A stretch of 64,000 nt of DNA, from NCBI GenBank assembly GCA_965221905.1, contig OZ244922.1:97394-161393 (forward strand), read 5' to 3'. The notes below the pieces were generated by a model. The model was given only the letters and a program-made list of their open reading frames with translations. It did no database searches and was not told the origin of the DNA. Positions 57,613 to 64,000 of this stretch are shown piece after piece. Within the stretch, counting starts at the first letter, position 1. The number at the start of each line of letters is the position of its first letter. A program made the translations under genes and the position numbers. The stretch is from Chloroflexota bacterium. GTDB lineage: Bacteria; Chloroflexota; UBA11872; VXOZ01.

Positions 57613-58880
57613 GGGGACATAGGTTACACATGTTCGGGGACATAGGTAACAGATGTTCGGGGACATAGGTTACACCATAAGGCATGGAGAATCTTTTAGA
57701 TGGAGGAGGACCATGCCTTGGAAAGTGGGTACACCCATGTCTTTGCGCAAAGAGTTTATTGCTCTGGCACAATCTGACGGAGTGAACATGAGCGAGTTGT
57801 GTCGTCGCATGGAAATCAGCCGCAAGACCGGCTACAAGTGGCTGCGGCGGTACGCGCAGGCCGGAGGGCAGAGCCTTCACGATCTGCCCAGGCGCCCGCA
57901 CTCCAGTCCGCAGCAGACGAGCCGGGAGATGGAGGAACGCATCATAGCGTTGCGCCAGGCGCATCCCACCAAGGGTGCGCATGTGCTGGCCAGGATGTTG
58001 CAGGATCGCGGCTATACGGGCGTGCCTGCCAAGAGTACGATCACTGCCATTCTCAGACGACATGGGCTCATCGATGAATCCGAGGCTGCCAAGCACACAC
58101 CCTATGTACGCTTTGAGCGTGCCGAACCCAACGAGCTGTGGCAGATGGACTTCAAGGGACACATTGCCGTGCAACACCACCGCTGCCATCCGTTCACCCT
58201 CCTGGACGATCACTCTCGCTTCAACCTGGCGCTGCGGGCCTGTGCCAACGAGCAGGGAAACACGGTCCAAGACCGCCTCACCCACGTCTTTCGGCGTTAC
58301 GGCTTGCCTCAGGCCATGCTGATAGAAAACGGCTCCCCCTGGGGTAGCGACAGCGCTCATCCCTTTACTCCCCTCACCGTCTGGCTCATGCAACTGGGTA
58401 TCAGCGTGCACCACAGCAGACCGTACCATCCCCAAACACTCGGCAAGCTGGAACGCTTCCACCGCTCGCTCAAGAGCGAGTTGCTTACAGGCCGCACCTT
58501 CACCGACCTCCCCCACTGCCAACGTGCCTTCGACACCTGGCGTGACTTCTACAACTTGGAGCGCCCACACTATGCCCTCGACCTCGACACCCCGGTCAGC
58601 CGATACACACCCAGTGGTAAAACTTTCCCCGAGACCCTACCCGCCATCGACTACGCCCCCGACGACCACGTGCGTTCTGTGGATGTCTCCGGTCGCATCT
58701 CTTTCCAGGGCAGACCACTGCGTGTGGGGAAGGCCTTCACGCATAAGCGGGTCGCGCTCAGACCCACCCAAACCGACGGCGTATGGGACGTTTACTTCTC
58801 CGTCCAACGCATAAAAACCCTAGACCTCAATGAACAAAATGTGTAACCTATGTCCCCGAACATCTGTTACCTATCTCCCC
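57613..58880 (+). mobile_element. IS481-family insertion sequence with tandem 23-bp subterminal repeats
   Basis: Left end: three units ggggacataggt(t/a)aca(c/g)atgttc (57613-57676); right end: inverted gtgtaacctatgtcccc-gaacatctgttacctatctcccc (58841-58880); single rve transposase inside. Confidence 0.75.
57712..58846 (+). CDS. IS481-family DDE transposase
   Basis: 378 aa; N-terminal HTH (LCRRMEISRKTGYKWLRRY), rve core WQMDFKGH ... LIENGSPW ... RPYHPQTLGKLERFHRSL. Confidence 0.85.
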
Positions 58881-59116
58881 AGTCTGTACACGTATCAAGT
58901 ACGGGGCAGGCTCTAGCCCTCTGCCTCAGTAAGAGAGGACTTTTGGCCCCCAGGTGAGGGGATTCTTGCTCCCGCCAAGGTTTTGCAAAGGTCTCCATAG
59001 GGACAAACGCAGCTCATTAGAGGTATGAATGGGCTTCGGCTTTTTCTCGCCAATTGGGAGAAGTGCGCGCGGAATACAGGCCGGATTGCAGATGCAGCAA
59101 AGGAAATGCGGGCGTA

Positions 59117-59788
59117 TTAGCAGGCGACTGCGTCCGGTAGCTCGGCGACGCTTGCAATGACGCTCTGGCAGGCGTGGGCGTTGAATGCTGCCTGTGTGGT
59201 GACACCGGAGAGCACGGCGAGGAACGGCACGTCTGCCCGCTGCGCGGCCTTGGCATCGGTCACGCTGTCACCCACGTAGCAGGTGTTCGCCGGTACTCCC
59301 CCCAGCGCCGACATGGCCGTGAGCAGGCCCTCGGGGTCCGGTTTGGAGGCAATGACGTCTTCTCTCCCCACAATCACGTCGAAGTCCGCACGTAAGTCCT
59401 CCCGTTCCAGCACGTGCTCGATGCGGTAGCGGAACTTAGAGGAGACGATGCCCAGCGCAAGACCTCTACGCTTTAGGGCGTGAGCCGCTCCTGCCACGTA
59501 CGGAAATATCACCGTGTGGTCAGCCATGATGGCGTCCGCCTGCCGGATGAAGAGACGGTCGAATTCCTTACTCGCAGCCGGAAACCGGTCTGCCGGGACG
59601 CTGGTCCCGACAATGTATGCAAACGCGTCCTCAAGCGAGAGGCCGATGGTCTGCCGAATGACGTCCGGCGGCGCGACAGGCAACCCCAGCGCTTCCAAGG
59701 CGAAATTCGTACAGGCGATCACGCCGGTAGATGAGTCCGCCAGCGTGTAGTCGAAGTCGAATAGGATTGTGCGCAGATGAGAAGGCAT
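59117..59788 (-). CDS. HAD-IA family hydrolase (phosphatase)
   Basis: 223 aa; motif I ILFDFDYTLADS; HAD motifs II-IV present. Confidence 0.8.
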   Translation of the reverse strand: MPSHLRTILFDFDYTLADSSTGVIACTNFALEALGLPVAPPDVIRQTIGLSLEDAFAYIVGTSVPADRFPAASKEFDRLFIRQADAIMADHTVIFPYVAGAAHALKRRGLALGIVSSKFRYRIEHVLEREDLRADFDVIVGREDVIASKPDPEGLLTAMSALGGVPANTCYVGDSVTDAKAAQRADVPFLAVLSGVTTQAAFNAHACQSVIASVAELPDAVAC

Positions 59789-59839
59789 AGCAATACAGAA
59801 GGAGCTAATGGGGTTAGAGGCAGGTTACACGTAGCCTGC

Positions 59840-60364
59840 TTAGGTTCTTTTACCGGTAAGGTGAAGAATTTCAAGCTTGCTAACCGACGCGCCCTCCGCT
59901 CGCTTAAAGTCTGAGTCAGCAGTTACGAAAGTTCCCGCGTGTTTCTCTGCGAGGGCGAGGTGAAGGGCATCATCAGGGGTAAAATCAAGGTCGCGCATGT
60001 AGCGGATTGCCGCTGAGGTCATTGCTGGAGCGAAGGTCTTGCTATCCGGAACAACGTCTACCGGATGACCGGCTTCCTGCCAATCGTGAATCGCTTGCGC
60101 GACGCCTTCAATCCAGTCGCCGTGCTTTTCGAAGGCCGCTGCCCTATGCCTGCGAAATGCGCTCCTTGAAAAGCGAGAATCGGGCCGTTGCCTATTGAGC
60201 GTACGGTAAGATTCCCTGAACATCCCCCACCACGCTTCTTGCACAGTGATCATAGACACAAGGATTGGAGCTCCAGCGACAAGCAACTCTCCAATGACAT
60301 CCTTACAACTCTTGTAGAGGTCGTGGTTACTTACTACATAACCAACAAGCACGTTCGCATCTAG
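59840..60364 (-). pseudogene. PIN-domain (VapC-like) gene whose 5' end has been cut off by the IS5 insertion
   Basis: PIN acidic residues (LDANVL, TVQEA, FVTADSDF); reading across the IS junction reconnects in frame to 61555-61605, which encodes MLVKRWQPGHSFQSPVY immediately downstream of the 61607..61969 gene. Confidence 0.6.
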
Positions 60365-61550
60365 GAAAACTCTGAACAAGTCCCTGGCATAGTATCATAG
60401 CAAGAAAGCAGGATACGGTGAGGAGCTGGGTAATGGAGCAACCGACGTTTGCCGACTTGGAGTACGCGCAGAAGAAGCGCAAGACGCGCCGGGAGAAGTT
60501 CTTGGAGCGGATGGACGCGCTGCTCCCGTGGGCGGAGATGGAGGCGCGCATTGCGCCGTACTATCCCAAGCCAGGGCGGGGGCGGCGGCCGTATCCCTTG
60601 TCGGTAATGCTGCGGATACACTGCGTGCAGTTGTTCTACAACCTGAGCGATCCTGGGATGGAGGACATGCTGTACGAGGTAGAACCGGTGCGGCGGTTCG
60701 TGGGGCTGCGGCTGTCAGAGGCGCTGCCGGACGAGACGACTATTCTGCACTTTCGGCATTTGCTGGAGAAGCACCGGTTAGGAGAGGGGTTGTTGGCGGA
60801 GATCAACGCGCATTTGGCAGGTCGGGGCTTGCGGCTGCGAGCGGGGACGGTAGTGGACGCGACCATCATCGCGGCGCCGACATCGACGAAGAACCGAGAG
60901 GGGGAGCGAGACCCGGCGATGCGGCAGGTGAAGAAGGGGAACCAGTATTACTTTGGGATGAAGCTGCACATCGGCGTCGACGCACAGACGGGGCTCGTGC
61001 ATAGCTTCACCACCACATCGGCCAACGTGCACGACGTAACGCAAGCGGCGGCGTTGCTGCACGGCGCAGAGCAGCAGGTGTGGGGAGACGCCGGGTACGT
61101 GGGGGTGCAGAAGCGACCGGAGCATCAGGGGCGCGCCGTAGCGTGGCAGGTGGCGCTCAAGCCGGGGCTGCGGCGGAAACTGGCGCCTGAGAGCGCGGCG
61201 GCGCTGGCAGAGCAGCGCAAAGCATCGGTTAGGGCCAAAGTAGAGCATCCGTTCCTGTGGGTGAAGCGGCACTTCGGCTACGCCACGGTGCGCTACCGGG
61301 GTCTGTCCAAGAACAGGCAACGGCTGGCGTTGCTGCTGGGGCTGACCAATGTGATGACGGCCGCACGCCAGTTGGCAACATGACACGGGAGCAGTGCGCC
61401 CAAAACACGGCCAGGAGCGTATTGCGCTTCCAACGGGACCGCATCAAAGCCAAAACAGCCCCTCCCACATGCCAAGACACACCTCAAACCACCCCACAAT
61501 CCCGCACATACCCATAAACCGATGCATATCCCGACTTGCTCAGACCTTTC
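60365..61550 (+). mobile_element. IS5-family insertion sequence (E. coli IS5-like, about 1186 bp) with 4-bp CTAG target-site duplication
   Basis: IRL ggaaaactctgaacaagtcc (60365-) versus IRR reverse complement ggaaaggtctgagcaagtcg (ending 61550); flanking CTAG at 60361-60364 and 61551-61554. Confidence 0.85.
60433..61383 (+). CDS. IS5-family DDE transposase (InsH-like)
   Basis: 316 aa; collinear with IS5 InsH (QPTFADLEY...GRRPYPL..MLRIHC...NLSD.GMED.LYE...DATII.AP.STKN...DP.M...KKGNQ..FGMK.HIGVDA..GL.HS..TT.AN.HD...). Confidence 0.9.
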   Translation: MEQPTFADLEYAQKKRKTRREKFLERMDALLPWAEMEARIAPYYPKPGRGRRPYPLSVMLRIHCVQLFYNLSDPGMEDMLYEVEPVRRFVGLRLSEALPDETTILHFRHLLEKHRLGEGLLAEINAHLAGRGLRLRAGTVVDATIIAAPTSTKNREGERDPAMRQVKKGNQYYFGMKLHIGVDAQTGLVHSFTTTSANVHDVTQAAALLHGAEQQVWGDAGYVGVQKRPEHQGRAVAWQVALKPGLRRKLAPESAAALAEQRKASVRAKVEHPFLWVKRHFGYATVRYRGLSKNRQRLALLLGLTNVMTAARQLAT

Positions 61551-61606
61551 CTAGATAGACAGGTGACTGAAACGAATGACCGGGCTGCCACCTCTTCACG
61601 AGCATG

Positions 61607-61969
61607 CTAAAGGTCCGGTAGCGTGGTAAGTTCTACAACATCGAGTCCAGGTGAGCCGGGAACCATACCCATGTGCCGCACAAATGCCGTGAACAGTTTC
61701 GGAGTCATTCGCTGACGGTAGTAATCGAGGTCGACCTCGGCAAACCGCCGCTGGTATTCGGATTTCTTCACATAGAAGTCTGGAGCAACCTTGATCCATG
61801 GTTCTTCATGGGCCGATGGCTTCTCTTGCACAGCACTTCTCTGCGGGGCCCCACTTAACCACTGGAATTTTTCAGTGTCTGGATTCTTGGGAGAAAAGAC
61901 ATTTACTAGTGCGCCGCTTTGATCGGTGACTTCTCTATCAAGTGCTATGCTGAAATCTGTAGACATCAC
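61607..61969 (-). CDS. Hypothetical protein, directly upstream of the original PIN gene start (possible antitoxin or partner)
   Basis: 120 aa; stop 1 nt before the reconstructed PIN ATG (61605); low GC. Confidence 0.4.
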   Translation of the reverse strand: MMSTDFSIALDREVTDQSGALVNVFSPKNPDTEKFQWLSGAPQRSAVQEKPSAHEEPWIKVAPDFYVKKSEYQRRFAEVDLDYYRQRMTPKLFTAFVRHMGMVPGSPGLDVVELTTLPDL

Positions 61970-62643
61970 CCACCTGCAGTCTTACTGAGATCCGATTGCA
62001 CGAGTTGAATGGCGGACTCTTGCCACGAACGAGCGTCCGCAAGGACATTTCCTAGTTCCTGAGAGGTGTATTCCATCTCAACATTCCACTGAAACCCTAA
62101 ACTCATGAATAGAAATCGCTCTGGCATAGTGTCCCTTTCCCACCGGAGAAACGTTTCCTGCAGTTGCTTAGGTTCCATTGGGCCAAGTTGGACGTGCTTA
62201 AACACATGGCCTTCGTCCCGGTCAATTGTAACGCCAAGATCAGTTGCCCGCTGAATTAGCGCCGTATCTTGGAGATATGTCCGCTCAAATAGCGAACAGA
62301 GTTCGCGAAACGATAGTGCATAGGGTTCTATGAATATAGAGTCAATGCGCACTTTTGTCAGACTGGGAAAGGAAGAAACGTCATTAAGCTCAGAGAATGC
62401 CTGCAAGGCATTCTGTACAACCATTTCGGTTGTTCTGTCTCCTTCCTGCTCGAAAGAGAACCCGCGCATTTGGAATCCGATGCGCTGCTTATTTTCCTCA
62501 TTCTCGAAGTACGTAGTTTCGCCCTTTAGTTCAGAATTCTCATCACCGCTGGCTACGCGAAACAAACCACGTACTTCCAGCCAAGGCCGCAAAGCCTCTG
62601 TGAACTCTAGCCGGATAATTGTTCTTACAAGCTCTACAGCCAT
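61966..62643 (-). CDS. Hypothetical protein, first gene of the low-GC three-gene unit
   Basis: 225 aa; overlaps the next gene by 4 nt; no recognisable domain. Confidence 0.4.
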   Translation of the reverse strand: MAVELVRTIIRLEFTEALRPWLEVRGLFRVASGDENSELKGETTYFENEENKQRIGFQMRGFSFEQEGDRTTEMVVQNALQAFSELNDVSSFPSLTKVRIDSIFIEPYALSFRELCSLFERTYLQDTALIQRATDLGVTIDRDEGHVFKHVQLGPMEPKQLQETFLRWERDTMPERFLFMSLGFQWNVEMEYTSQELGNVLADARSWQESAIQLVQSDLSKTAGG

Positions 62644-62994
62644 TTTCTACTCGTCAACTGGCATGCCAATTCCCAAGACAATAGTTCACTAACGTCTACC
62701 AGGCCATAAGCCAACTATACTAAACCGTTGCGGATCGCATTACAATCGAGGCAAAGCAACTAACGGCAAGCCGAAGTCTAAAACGAATGAACGAGCCGGC
62801 AATGTAGGATTCTTGGCTAAGTCTGCCCCGCTCGCATGTTGTCGAGATCTTGAAGAGCCACGCTTGGGTCATTTGAATATGTAGTGACCCGTCTGGGGAA
62901 CGGTGATTACTTAAGTGCCGTAACTACGAACACTAGGCCCTTCTCATAGCAAATCGCGAATGCAGTGAGACTTCGCAAGCGGGGAAGGGCAGTC

Positions 62995-64000
62995 CTAGGA
63001 AGACGAAGGCGTGGGGGTGGCTTGCGCGGACTGAATCTGCATTTGGATGGCGTTGTGGGTGTCGGCGGCGGCTTGCTGCGCGGTGGCTTGACCGGTGAGG
63101 ACGGGGAAGACGAGCGAGGCGAAGATGAGGAACGCAAGCCATTCCGGCGCATCGGCGTCGATGTATTGACTTTGCTCCATGCTTTCCAAGAGCACCAGCG
63201 AGTCATTGACCGTAAGCGTCTGGTGCACGGAACGCAGCGTCTCCGCGCTAACGCGTATGGCGGGCATGCTCAGGATCAGAGAGGCTGCTTGCAGGAGTGG
63301 GTCCAGCACCTCGTAGGCAGCATCCGGTTGGTTGCTCTCCTGCGCCACGCCTGCCATGTGCTCCGTCATCCCCCACGTCGCCGCATCGTTGCCGCGAGGA
63401 ACCTCGACGAGCTCAAGGGAAGCACGTCCGGCGCCGCGCCAAAAAACCTCTGCCTTGACCATACTACCCACCATGGCGATCTGGCCGGAAAGCATCATGT
63501 CCCGCGCCTTGCCGGTAAGGTTAATAGTGAGATTGTCCGTGCGGTAATCTACGACGTTGAGGGGCGGCGCAACCTCATGGTGCAGGATCAAATTTGCTTG
63601 GAATTGTAACGCATCGATGACCCCGGGGTGCGTGACGTCCCAGTTGCGGTCTTGAAAGAGGGTGCTGCCATCTTGCCAAGCCATGGCAAAGAACGGCGGG
63701 ACTAACGGTGCTTGTAACGTGCCCCAGACACGCGGCGTGGCAGTTTCGTCGTTGAGCGATTGAGCCAGCGTTAAGAAGTCCTGCCAGCTCCAGTTATCCT
63801 CCGGCAGAGGGGTATTCGATTGAGAAAAAAGCGCCGGGTTGTACAGCAGGGCACAAACCGACGCCGCAAGAGGGAGAGCATGCAGCGTACCGCGGTAGGC
63901 GCCGCTACTTAGGATGTGCGGCCAGAAGTTATCAGTAGAGAAATCAATATCACGACGCGTATACTCGGTGAGCTCGCGCGTCACGCCTTGTTGTGCCAGA
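62995..64000 (-). CDS. ABC transporter substrate-binding protein (family 1), N-terminus beyond the window
   Basis: C-terminal about 330 aa of an SBP; Ala/Gln/Thr-rich C-terminal tail; reading frame is open to the window edge. Confidence 0.6.
   Translation of the reverse strand, partial: LAQQGVTRELTEYTRRDIDFSTDNFWPHILSSGAYRGTLHALPLAASVCALLYNPALFSQSNTPLPEDNWSWQDFLTLAQSLNDETATPRVWGTLQAPLVPPFFAMAWQDGSTLFQDRNWDVTHPGVIDALQFQANLILHHEVAPPLNVVDYRTDNLTINLTGKARDMMLSGQIAMVGSMVKAEVFWRGAGRASLELVEVPRGNDAATWGMTEHMAGVAQESNQPDAAYEVLDPLLQAASLILSMPAIRVSAETLRSVHQTLTVNDSLVLLESMEQSQYIDADAPEWLAFLIFASLVFPVLTGQATAQQAAADTHNAIQMQIQSAQATPTPSSS

Noticed and set aside
57578-58570. ORF of 330 aa, minus strand
   Set aside because: It lies antisense within the IS481 transposase gene.

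Overview
The window is a 64 kb, high-GC (about 60-63%) bacterial chromosome segment with many short dispersed hairpin and palindromic repeat families. The repeat style suggests Chloroflexota, but that is only an inference. Recognisable backbone genes are gyrA, moaC, queF with a yhhQ-type queuosine-precursor transporter, uvrB, rpmI and rplT. Other recognisable genes are an MmsA-like aldehyde dehydrogenase, a RidA protein, a MerR regulator, an ACC-deaminase-family PLP enzyme, an S9 peptidase, a class-III aminotransferase, an MFS transporter and a HAD hydrolase. There is also a large catabolic gene set. It comprises five amidohydrolase-family genes (two are tandem paralogs), an M19 dipeptidase homolog and four ABC substrate-binding lipoproteins (one truncated at the window edge). 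Two insertion sequences are present. One is an IS481-family element with tandem 23-bp subterminal repeats. The other is an IS5-like element of about 1186 bp with a CTAG target duplication that has split a PIN-domain gene. Several lower-GC (about 47-52%) accessory patches stand out. The main one is a defence-island-like region at about 33.2-38.1 kb. It contains an HTH-XRE and ImmA/IrrE-metallopeptidase pair (CapH/CapP-like) divergent from a three-gene operon. That operon encodes a small beta-grasp ubiquitin-like protein, an E2-like/E1 (ThiF) fusion protein and a Cys-rich small protein, which resembles bacterial ubiquitin-like conjugation (Bil/Bub-like) systems. Next to it lies a type II restriction-modification pair (Dam-family methyltransferase plus a Cys-cluster nuclease). 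Further accessory patches are a DGQHR (DndB-like) protein with a membrane protein and a Zn-finger DNA methyltransferase (40.1-43.1 kb), an HTH-NYN fusion beside an Excalibur lipoprotein, HicAB, a HEPN/PaREP1-like mini-island, and a Tat-secreted membrane protein carrying an HNH-like motif and AWQG repeats. No rRNA, tRNA or CRISPR array was found. All calls come from reading the sequence and the ORF translations; no database search was run.
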